Positions 52,695 to 64,000 of a stretch of DNA of 64,000 nucleotides are shown piece after piece (positions within the stretch are counted from its first letter, which is position 1; each line of letters begins with the position of its first letter). This DNA is from Eledone cirrhosa (lineage: Eukaryota), in NCBI GenBank assembly GCA_964016885.1, contig OZ024746.1, forward strand, positions 92,256,001-92,320,000, written 5' to 3'. A program made the translations under genes and the position numbers. The notes below the pieces were generated by a model that worked only from the letters and a program-made list of their open reading frames with translations, made no database searches and had not been told where the DNA came from.

Positions 52695-55600
52695 GGTGTA
52701 ATATTCACCACCAAAGTGAAACAGGTGTAATATTCACCTCCAAAGTGAAACAGGTGTAATATTCACCTCCAAAGTGAAACAGGTGTAATATTCACCACCA
52801 AAGTGAAACAGGTGTAATATTCACCACCAAAGTGAAACAGCTGTAATATTCACCACCAAAGTGAAACAGGTGTAATATTCACCACCAAAGTGAAACAGGT
52901 GTAATATTCACCACCAAAGTGAAACAGGTGTAATATTCAACACCAAAGTGAAACAGGTGTAATATTCACCTCCAAAGTGAAACAGGTGTAATATTCACCT
53001 CCAAAGTGAAACAGTTGTAATATTCACCTCCAAAGTGAAACAGGTGTAATATTCACCTCCAAAGTGAAACAGGTGTAATATTCCCTACCAAAGTGAAACA
53101 GGTGTAATATTCACCTCCAAAGTGAAACAGGTGTAATATTCACCACCAAAGTGAAACAGGTGTAATATTCACCTCCAAAGTGAAACAGGTGTAATATTCA
53201 CCTCCAAAGTGAAACAGTTGTAATATTCATCTCCAAAGTGAAACAGGTGTAATATTCACCACTAAAGTGAAACAGGTGTAATATTCACCTCCAAAGTGAA
53301 ACAGGTGTAATATTTACCTCCAAAGTGAAACAGGTGTAATATTCACCTCCAAAGTGAAACAGGTGTAATATTCACCACTAAAGTGAAACAGTTGTAATAT
53401 TCACCTCCAAAGTGAAACAGGTGTAATATTCACCTCCAAAGTGAAACAGGTGTAATATTCACCACTAAAGTGAAACAGGTGTAATATTCACCTCCAAAGT
53501 GAAACAGGTGTAATATTCACCACTAAAGTGAAACAGGTGTAATATTCACCTCCAAAGTGAAACAGGTGTAATATTCACCACTAAAGTGAAACAGGTGTAA
53601 TATTCACCTCCAAAGTGAAACAGGTGTAATATTTACCTCCAAAGTGAAACAGGTGTAATATTCACCTCCAAAGTGAAACAGGTGTAATATTCACCACTAA
53701 AGTGAAACAGTTGTAATATTCACCTCCAAAGTGAAACAGGTGTAATATTCACCTCCAAAGTGAAACAGGTGTAATATTCACCACTAAAGTGAAACAGGTG
53801 TAATATTCACCTCCAAAGTGAAACAGGTGTAATATTCACCACTAAAGTGAAACAGGTGTAATATTCACCTCCAAAGTGAAACAGGTGTAATATTCACCAC
53901 CAAAGTGAAACAGGTGTAATATTCCCTACCAAACTGAAACAGGTGTAATATTCACCTCCAAAGTGAAACAGGTGTAATATTCACCTCCAAACTGAAACAG
54001 GTGTAATATTCACCTCCAAAGTGAAACAGGTGTAATATTCACCTCCAAAGTGAAACAAGTGTAATATTCACCACCAAAGTGAAACAGGTGTAATATTCAC
54101 CTCCAAAGTGAAACAGGTGTAATATTCACCACTAAAGTGAAACAGGTGTAATATTCACCACCAAAGTGAAACAGGTGTAATATTCACCTCCAAAGTGAAA
54201 CAGGTGTAATATTCACCTCCAAAGTGAAACAGTTGTAATATTCACCTCCAAAGTGAAACAGGTGTAATATTCACCTTCAAAGTGAAACAGGTGTAATATT
54301 CCCTACCAAAGTGAAACAGGTGTAATATTCACCTCCAAAGTGAAACAGGTGTAATATTCACCACCAAAGTGAAACAGGTGTAATATTCACCTCCAAAGTG
54401 AAACAGGTGTAATATTCACCTCCAAAGTGAAACAGTTGTAATATTCACCTCCAAAGTGAAACAGGTGTAATATTCACCTCCAAAGTGAAACAGGTGTAAT
54501 ATTCACCACCAAAGTGAAACAGGTGTAATATTCACCTCCAAAGTGAAACAGGTGTAATATTCCCTACCAAACTGAAACAGGTGTAATATTCACCACCAAA
54601 GTGAAACAGGTGTAATATTCACCACCAAACTGAAACAGCTGTAATATTCACCACCAAAGTGAAACAGGTGTAATATTCAACACCAAAGTGAAACAGGTGT
54701 AATATTCACCTCCAAAGTGAAACAGGTGTAATATTCACCTCCAAAGTGAAACAGGTGTAATATTCACCACCAAAGTGAAACAGGTGTAATATTCACCACT
54801 AAAGTGAAACAGGTGTAATATTCACCTCCAAAGTGAAACAGTTGTAATATTCATCTCCAAAGTGAAACAGGTGTAATATTCACCACTAAAGTGAAACAGG
54901 TGTAATATTCACCTCCAAAGTGAAACAGGTGTAATATTTACCTCCAAAGTGAAACAGGTGTAATATTCACCTCCAAAGTGAAACAGGTGTAATATTCACC
55001 ACTAAAGTGAAACAGTTGTAATATTCACCTCCAAAGTGAAACAGGTGTAATATTCACCTCCAAAGTGAAACAGGTGTAATATTCACCACTAAAGTGAAAC
55101 AGGTGTAATATTCACCTCCAAAGTGAAACAGGTGTAATATTCACCACTAAAGTGAAACAGGTGTAATATTCACCTCCAAAGTGAAACAGGTGTAATATTC
55201 ACCACCAAACTGAAACAGCTGTAATATTCACCACCAAAGTGAAACAGGTGTAATATTCAACACCGAAGTGAAACAGGTGTAATATTCACCTCCAAAGTGA
55301 AACAGGTGTAATATTCACCACTAAAGTGAAACAGGTGTAATATTCACCTCCAAAGTGAAACAGTTGTAATATTCATCTCCAAAGTGAAACAGGTGTAATA
55401 TTCACCACTAAAGTGAAACAGGTGTAATATTCACCTCCAAAGTGAAACAGGTGTAATATTTACCTCCAAAGTGAAACAGGTGTAATATTCACCTCCAAAG
55501 TGAAACAGGTGTAATATTCACCACTAAAGTGAAACAGTTGTAATATTCACCTCCAAAGTGAAACAGGTGTAATATTCACCTCCAAAGTGAAACAGGTGTA

Positions 55601-57875
55601 ATATTCACCACTAAAGTGAAACAGGTGTAATATTCACCTCCAAAGTGAAACAGGTGTAATATTCACCACTAAAGTGAAACAGGTGTAATATTCACCTCCA
55701 AAGTGAAACAGGTGTAATATTCACCACCAAAGTGAAACAGGTGTAATATTCCCTACCAAACTGAAACAGGTGTAATATTCACCTCCAAAGTGAAACAGGT
55801 GTAATATTCACCTCCAAACTGAAACAGGTGTAATATTCACCTCCAAAGTGAAACAGGTGTAATATTCACCTCCAAAGTGAAACAAGTGTAATATTCACCA
55901 CCAAAGTGAAACAGGTGTAATATTCACCTCCAAAGTGAAACAGGTGTAATATTCACCACTAAAGTGAAACAGGTGTAATATTCACCACCAAAGTGAAACA
56001 GGTGTAATATTCACCTCCAAAGTGAAACAGGTGTAATATTCACCTCCAAAGTGAAACAGTTGTAATATTCACCTCCAAAGTGAAACAGGTGTAATATTCA
56101 CCTTCAAAGTGAAACAGGTGTAATATTCCCTACCAAAGTGAAACAGGTGTAATATTCACCTCCAAAGTGAAACAGGTGTAATATTCACCACCAAAGTGAA
56201 ACAGGTGTAATATTCACCTCCAAAGTGAAACAGGTGTAATATTCACCTCCAAAGTGAAACAGTTGTAATATTCACCTCCAAAGTGAAACAGGTGTAATAT
56301 TCACCTCCAAAGTGAAACAGGTGTAATATTCACCACTAAAGTGAAACAGGTGTAATATTCACCTCCAAAGTGAAACAGGTGTAATATTCACCACCAAAGT
56401 GAAACAGGTGTAATATTCCCTACCAAACTGAAACAGGTGTAATATTCACCTCCAAAGTGAAACAGGTGTAATATTCCCTACCAAACTGAAACAGGTGTAA
56501 TATTCACCACCAAAGTGAAACAGGTGTAATATTCAACACCAAAGTGAAACAGGTGTAATATTCACCTCCAAACTGAAACAGCTGTAATATTCACCACCAA
56601 AGTGAAACAGGTGTAATATTCAACACCAAAGTGAAACAGGTGTAATATTCACCTCCAAAGTGAAACAGGTGTAATATTCACCTCCAAAGTGAAACAGGTG
56701 TAATATTCACCACCAAAGTGAAACAGGTGTAATATTCACCACTAAAGTGAAACAGGTGTAATATTCACCTCCAAAGTGAAACAGTTGTAATATTCATCTC
56801 CAAAGTGAAACAGGTGTAATATTCACCACTAAAGTGAAACAGGTGTAATATTCACCTCCAAAGTGAAACAGGTGTAATATTTACCTCCAAAGTGAAACAG
56901 GTGTAATATTCACCTCCAAAGTGAAACAGGTGTAATATTCACCACTAAAGTGAAACAGTTGTAATATTCACCTCCAAAGTGAAACAGGTGTAATATTCAC
57001 CTCCAAAGTGAAACAGGTGTAATATTCACCACTAAAGTGAAACAGGTGTAATATTCACCTCCAAAGTGAAACAGGTGTAATATTCACCACTAAAGTGAAA
57101 CAGGTGTAATATTCACCTCCAAAGTGAAACAGGTGTAATATTCACCACCAAAGTGAAACAGGTGTAATATTCCCTACCAAACTGAAACAGGTGTAATATT
57201 CACCTCCAAAGTGAAACAGGTGTAATATTCACCTCCAAACTGAAACAGGTGTAATATTCACCTCCAAAGTGAAAGAGGTGTAATATTCACCACTAAAGTG
57301 AAACAGGTGTAATATTCAACACCAAAGTGAAACAGGTGTAATATTCACCACTAAAGTGAAACAGGTGTAATATTCACCTCCAAAGTGAAACAGGTGTAAT
57401 ATTCACCACTAAAGTGAAACAGGTGTAATATTCAACACCAAAGTGAAACAGGTGTAATATTCACCACCAAAGTGAAACAGGTGTAATATTCACCTCCAAA
57501 GTGAAACAGGTGTAATATTCACCACTAAAGTGAAACAGGTGTAATATTCACCTCCAAAGTGAAACAAGTGTAATATTCACCACCAAAGTGAAACAGGTGT
57601 AATATTCACCTCCAAAGTGAAACAGGTGTAATATTCACCTCCAAAGTGAAACAAGTGTAATATTCACATCCAAAGTGAAACAGGTGTAATATTCACCTCC
57701 AAAGTGAAACAAGTGTAATATTCACCTCCAAAGTGAAACAAGTGTAATATTCACCACCAAAGTGAAACAAGTGTAATATTCACCTCCAAAGTGAAACAGT
57801 TGTAATATTCACCACCAAAGTGAAACAGGTGTAATATTCACCTCCAAAGTGAAACAGGTGTAATATATACTTCCA
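52695..57875. repeat. 29-bp satellite array, about 178 copies (5.2 kb)
   Basis: Unit ggtgtaatattcacctccaaagtgaaaca; 57857-52695 = 178 x 29. Confidence 0.99.
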
Positions 57876-58089
57876 AAGAGAAAATATTTTAGCACCTTAT
57901 TTATGTAGAATTTGAAGGCAAAATATTGATCTTGAATATAAGCCAACCTCCATTTTACCATTGATTTTTTTGTCACATGTTTCTTGGCTTAGAACCAAGT
58001 ATATACAGTATATCCTAAGCAATATTTACTTTAAAGGATTTTCTAATGATAAATTTTATATTATTGAGGAACTAGCGGCTGAAATGAGG

Positions 58090-59880
58090 TTCCTCCTCCT
58101 GATCTTTAGAGTAACGTTACTTGATAGAGTGGGTACCTTGGAGATGAGAGAGTTACTCCAGGTAGAGTCACTACCTCTCCTGGTCTTTGGAGTAACGTTA
58201 CTTGATAGAGTGGGTAGCTTGGAGATGAGAGAGTTACTCCAGGTAGAGTCACTACCTCTCCTTGTCTTTAGAGTAACGTTACTTGATAGAGTGGGTACCT
58301 TGGAGATGAGAGAGTTACTCCAGGTAGAGTCACTACTTCTCCCAGTCTTTGGGGTAATGTTACTTGATAGAGTGGGTACCTTGGAGATGAGAGTCACTCC
58401 AGGTAGAGTCACTACTTCTCCCAGTCTTTGGAGTAACGTTACTTGATAGAATGGGTACCTTGGAGATGAGAGAGTCACTCCAGGTAGAGTCACTACTTCT
58501 CCCAGTCTTTGGAGTAACGTTACTTGATAGAGTGGGTACCTTGGAGATGAGAGAGTCACTCCAGGTAGAGTCACTACTTCTCCCAGTCTTTGGAGTAACG
58601 TTATTTGATAGAGTGGGTACCTTGGAGATGAGAGAGTCACTCCAGGTAGAGTCACTACTTCTCCCAGTCTTTGGAGTAACGTTACTTGATAGAGTGTGTA
58701 GCTTAGAGATGAGAGAGTCACTCCAGGTAGAGTCACTACTTCTCCCAGTCTTTGGAGTAACGTTACTTGATAGAGTGGGTACCTTGGAGATGAGAGAGTC
58801 ACTCCAGGTAGAGTCACTACTTCTCCCAGTCTTTGGAGTAACGTTACTTGATAGAGTGGGTAGCTTGGAGATGAGAGTCACTACAGGTAGAGTCACTACT
58901 TCTCCCAGTCTTTGGAGTAACGTTACTTGATAGAGTGGGTACCTTGGAGATGAGAGAGTCACTCCAGGTAGAGTCACTACCTCTCCTGGTCTTTGGAGTA
59001 ACGTTACTTGATAGAGTGGGTACCTTGGAGATGAGAGTCACTCCAGGTAGAGTCACTACTTCTCCCAGTCTTTAGAGTAACGTTACTTGATAGAGTGGGT
59101 ACCTTGGAGATGAGAGAGTCACTCCAGGTAGAGTCACTACTTCTCCCAGTCTTTGGAGTAACGTTACTTGATAGAGTGGGTACCTTGGAGATGAGAGAGT
59201 CACTCCAGGTAGAGTCACTACTTCTCCCAGTCTTTGGAGTAACGTTACTTGATAGAGTGGGTACCTTGGAGATGAGAGAGTCACTCCAGGTAGAGTCACT
59301 ACTTCTCCCAGTCTTTGGAGTAACGTTACTTGATAGAGTGGGTACCTTGGAGATGAGAGAGTCACTCCAGGTAGAGCTGATACTTCTCCTGGTCTTTAGA
59401 GTAACGTTACTTGATAGAGTGGGTACCTTGGAGATGAGAGAGTCACTCCAGGTAGAGTCACTACTCCTCCTGATCTTTAGAGTAACATTACTTGATAGAG
59501 TGGGTACCTTGGAGATGAGAGAGTCACTCCAGGTAGAGCTGATACTTCTCCTGGTCTTTAGAGTAACGTTACTTGATAGAGTGGGTACCTTGGAGATCAG
59601 AGAGTTACTCCAGGTAGAGCTGATACTTCTCCTGGTCTTTTGAGTAACGTTACTTGATAGAGTGTGGAGCTTGGAGATGAGAGAGTCACTCCAGGTAGAG
59701 TCACTACTTCTCCTGGTCTTTGGAGTAATATTACTTGATAGAGTGGGTACCTTGGAGATGAGAGAGTCACTCCAGGTAGAGCTGATACTTCTCCTGGTCT
59801 TTAGAGTAACGTTACTTGATAGAGTGGGGAGCTTGGAGATCAGTGTCACTCCAGGTTGAGAGATACTTCTCCTGCTCTTT
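58090..59880. repeat. 81-bp (some 79-bp) minisatellite, about 22 copies, derived from RTE coding sequence
   Basis: The unit matches the single-copy segment 29262-29341; 27-aa periodicity in the ORFs. Confidence 0.95.
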
Positions 59881-60056
59881 AGAGTTCGTTTATGCTTTGC
59901 CGTTCACGTATATTACTATTACACATCCAACGGAGCTTGCATGCTTCGTTCCTCTCCAGTCTGCGTATATCCTCTGCACACAATGCCCAGGACTCACTGC
60001 CATGTAACATTGCTGTTCTTATGCAGGCATCATACAGCCTGCCTTTCATTTTTAGG

Positions 60057-61288
60057 TCTGTCATCTGGTGGTCCCTAAGGAAACTAGGTGTTGAGGAATG
60101 GCTTGTGAGGACAGTGCAAACTTTGAACAGAGGTACTGTCAGTAAAGTCAGGGTAGGAATGGAGTTTAGTGAGGAATTCTAGATACAAGTAGGAGTACAT
60201 CAAGGTTTGGCCCGCTTTTGTTCATTATAGTCCTCCAAGCCATGACAGAGGAGTTTAAGACTGGCTGTCCATGGGAACTTCTCTATGCTGACGATCTGGT
60301 TCTTATAGCAGAATCAGTAGAGGAGCTAGAGAATAAATTCTGGCTATGGAAACAGCAGTTGGAAGCAAGACGACTGAGAGTGAACCTAGCTAAGACAAAA
60401 GTGTTGATGAGTAGAAAAGAGGACAAAACTCTGATTCCGTCAGGGAAATGGCCATGTTCGATATGCAGAAAAGGAACTGGCATAAATTCTATAAAATGCA
60501 CTCAATGCAGATCCTGGGTACACAAGAGATGTAATGGGATAGCAGGCAAACTAACAGGTAGGGAGAAATACGTATGCAGTAGATGTACAGGGAAATTGGA
60601 CAGTAGAAGTCGCATTGATAGACACATTTTTCAAATGCAAGCGGATGCTATAGAAGTGGTGGATAGCTTCCGGTACCTAGGAGATCAGATTAGCATGGGA
60701 GGGGGGGGTGTTCTGAGGCCATAGTATCTAGAATAAGGACAGGTTGGAAGAAGTTTAAGGAGCTGCTTCCTCTGCTGACGAAGAAGGGCTTATCCCTGCG
60801 TACGAAAGGCCGGTTATATGATGCCTGTGTGAGGAGTGCGATGCTGCATGGTAGTGAGACATGGGCAGCAACTGCAGAGGATATGCGACGGCTGGAGAGA
60901 AATGAGGCAAGCATGCTCCGTTGAATGTGCAATGTTAATGTGCGTGAATGACCCAGCATGAATGTGTTGAGAGAGAAACTGTGTCTGAGAGGGATAGAAT
61001 GTAGTGTGTGAGAGACGAGACTGAGGTGGTATGGACATGTGATGCGCATGGAGGATGACCGATGGGTGAAGAAGTGCCAGGAAATGCCAGTTGAAGGAAG
61101 ACATGGTAGAGGTAGACCATGAAAAACATGGGCAGAGGTGGTGAGAACAGACCTCAGATCGCTGAAGCTCACGGTGGAGATGACGAAGGACCGTGACAAG
61201 TGGAGAGATGCTGTGCTAAATAAGATCCATCCCACCCTTGCAAGCAGGGAAGAGCGGACGTAAAATGATGATGATGATGATGATGATG
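60057..61288 (+). mobile_element. RTE-B LINE 3' half (RT pseudogene) with (GAT)n tail
   Basis: VGVHQG, ELLYADDL, FRYLGD, RLRWYGHVMR; tail cccacccttgcaagcagggaagagcggacgtaaaa(tga)n. Confidence 0.92.
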
Positions 61289-61537
61289 AAAACATCACTA
61301 CGGGCCTGGCTAACGCCTCAGCCAGTTGACAGTACCTTCTCAAACCTTAATTTTCTTTGTTCATTTCTTTTGGCATGCCAGCCCAGCTAACTTAGCTCTT
61401 CTCACAATCTTTGTTAATAAATTATATTAAAACGGTGACTTCTATCGATACAAAATACACAATACACAAACATTAACATTCTCACACATATATATCTTAT
61501 TAAATACTTCTAAATCCCTGTCCTCATCAGAAAATTC

Positions 61538-62476
61538 CAACCCTAACCCTAACCCTAATCTTAACCCTAACCCCAATCTTAACCCTAACCCCAACCCTAA
61601 CTCTAACCCCAACTCTAACCTTAGCCCTAACCTTCTCACCCCAACCCCCTCACCATAACCCTAACCCTCTCACCACAGCCCTCACCATAACCCTAACTCT
61701 CTCACCCCACCCCTCACCATAACCCTAACCCTAACCCTCTTACACCAACCCTAACCCTAACCTTAACCCTCTCACCCCACCCCTCACCATAACCCTAACC
61801 CTCTTACACCAACCCTAACCTTAACCTTAACCCTCTCACCCCAACCCTCACCATAACCCTAACCCTCTTACACCAACCCTAACCTTAACCTTAACCCTCT
61901 CACCCCACCCCTCACCATAACCCTAACCCTCTTACACCAACCCTAACCTTAACCCTCTCACCCCACCCCTCACCATAACCCTAACCCTCTTACACCAACC
62001 CTAACCTTAACCTTAACCCTCTCACCCCAACCCTCACCATAACCCTAACCCTCTTACACCAACCCTAACCTTAACCTTAACCCTCTCACCCCACCCCTCA
62101 CCATAACCCTAACCCTCTTACACCAACCCTAACCTTAACCTTAACCCTCTCACCCCACCCCTCACCATAACCCTAACCCTCTTACACCAACCCTAACCTT
62201 AACCTTAACCCTCTCACCCCACCCCTCACCATAACCCTAACCCTCTTACACCAACCCTAACCTTAACCTTAACCCTCTCACACCACCCCTCACCATAACC
62301 CTAACCCTCTTACACCAACCCTAACCTTAACCCTCTCACCCCAACCCTCACCATAACCCTAACCCTCTTACACCAACCCTAACCTTAACCCTCTCACCCC
62401 AACCCTCATCATAACCCTAACCCTCTCACCCCAACCCTCTCACCCCAACCCTCTCACCCCAACCCTCACCATAACC
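61538..62476. repeat. Interstitial telomere-like (CCCTAA-derived) array with a 54-62-bp higher-order unit
   Basis: aaccct hexamers and variants; repeated ccataaccctaaccctcttacaccaaccctaaccttaacc. Confidence 0.9.
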
Positions 62477-62760
62477 TAGTACGCAAATTGAAATTTAGAA
62501 TTTTTTTTTGAAAACAGAGAGGGAGAGGGAGAGGGAGAGGGAGAATAACAGAGTGAGAGAGAGAGGGGGGAGATAGATAGATAGAGTAAGAGAGGGAGGG
62601 GAGATAGAGTGATAGAGAGAAAAGTAGCGGTCTGAATGTATGTTGAAAAAAAATGAAATTTTCGAAAAATAAAAATAAAATGAAAACGTGACAACGACCC
62701 GAAATTGCCTTATATATATATCATACAGCATGTATTCATTCTTCCATTAACATTACAAGG

Positions 62761-62838
62761 GGTCTGACGAGCCGCGGGTTACAGAGTCAGGTCAGATCGA
62801 TACAGATCGAACCTTGAGCTGGCGAAACGCGCGTCACC
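62761..62838 (+). ncRNA. Type I hammerhead ribozyme with canonical core
   Basis: ggt-CTGACGA-GCC...GGC-GAAACGCGCGTC-acc. Stem I ggt/acc, G-C closed stem II, palindromic ACGCGCGT, GUC cleavage triplet (62833-62835), AATAAA just downstream. Confidence 0.8.
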
Positions 62839-64000
62839 AACCAATAAACGTAATGAAGGAGTAACCAATCGTCCTTATTTAACTATAATACATTCTGTAT
62901 AGCTCTACACATCGACACTGAAGTGAACCTAAACATCGGGTGCTCACCCGGGTGAACCTACGGTAACTCCAAGTTACACTCCCTGGAAATATATATGAAA
63001 ATGTTTAATCCCGACGACAGAGCTCAAGCCGTTTCGACGGCTATTTTTGGACTAAATTAGAATTTTTAGCGTGGTAATAAATAGCCGAACTTGTCATGGG
63101 GTAATTCCTTTTATGAGAAGATTATAGTTGTCAAAAGGATTGGGCAAAATTTCTTGTAAACACAATTAAATCTTTCATGGCAGTGGGTGGGGGTAGGGTG
63201 GCTGAACTTGCCTGTAGAACAATGAGGAAGTGGGGGGGAACCGGCCAAGCGTTGAAAGTGAATTCTATACAGCAAATTCTAAGGAGTGTGTATGAAATTA
63301 GGCTAGTTAGGAATGCTTCCTAACTAGCCTAAAGCATACTGAGAGTAGGACGTTATAGATATGGTTAATAAATTGAGATTAAAAGATAAAAAAAAAAAAA
63401 ATTAAATAGTAAAAATAATTAAAAAAATCTCTAGAGTCTAAAGCAGTTGCTATATTTTTAGCTGGTATTGCGTTTTCGGCCAATGCTATATATAATTTAC
63501 TGGGGTGGGGGTACTGAGGCTACAGAAGCCCGATGGGCTGCCTTGGGGTAAGCGAAAGAAGGAAAAAGGAAAAGGAAGAGGAGAGGGAGTGGAAGGAAGT
63601 GATAAGAAGAGATAAAGGGAAGAAGAAAAGAAAAAGAAAAAGAAAAGAAGTACATCTACCTATGTATGCTGGGGTTTCCCCTATCTTGTTGGGCAAGTGG
63701 GGAAATGAAGGATGTTGCAGCCATTGCGTTATCTAGTTCCTACGTCCGTAGTAGAGCACTTTCCGACCCTACCACGCCATATCCCGATTTTTCCAGCTCA
63801 AGTTTCATTACACCCAACATGCGAAAACAGACCATCGACTTCTCCACTAAAAAACATCCCAGTTCCACCGAGAAAACTTTACCTTCGGATGCTCACGCAA
63901 AAAATTGACCTGTTTGCGAAAAGAAACATCATTCTCCACGCCAGGAAGATAGTCCCCCTTTTCGACAACTCCAGGTGGATAAAGAGAGCTCCCGACTCCC

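Noticed and set aside
61538-62476. True chromosome end
   Set aside because: The array is degenerate and flanked by non-telomeric sequence on both sides.
63660-64000. GC-richer segment that may be a LINE or exon fragment (also 7300-7530, 16100-16330 and 37877-38092)
   Set aside because: No recognisable protein motif or consistent splice signals.

Overview
AT-rich, microsatellite-laden metazoan genomic DNA. The repeat landscape (RTE LINEs with partner SINEs, long TA/CA/CATA tracts, TTAGGG-type repeats) suggests a mollusc, probably an octopus; this is inference. The only host gene I can support is the 5' part of a kinesin-8 (KIF18-like) gene on the minus strand: three coding exons with GT-AG boundaries and matching phases, plus a probable non-coding first exon and a CHR/CCAAT promoter near 13.0 kb. 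The rest is decayed mobile DNA: RTE, CRE and Penelope retroelement fragments, tRNA-derived SINEs, a DD37D Tc1/mariner element, a hAT Buster element, Tc2/Tigger/mariner/piggyBac-like MITEs and Helitron-like pieces. There are also several minisatellites, including a 5.2-kb 29-bp array and a telomere-like array. The least obvious signals are: (1) about 8 sequence-diverse minimal hammerhead-ribozyme motifs, several with palindromic stem III, near Penelope remnants and long palindromes; (2) a probable 1.7-kb inversion revealed by swapped hAT target-site duplications; (3) SINE/LINE tail swapping and a SINE-LINE chimera; (4) minisatellites repeatedly built from hairpin units or from TE interiors. There is no CRISPR array or prokaryotic system, and most ORF-track entries are repeat artefacts.
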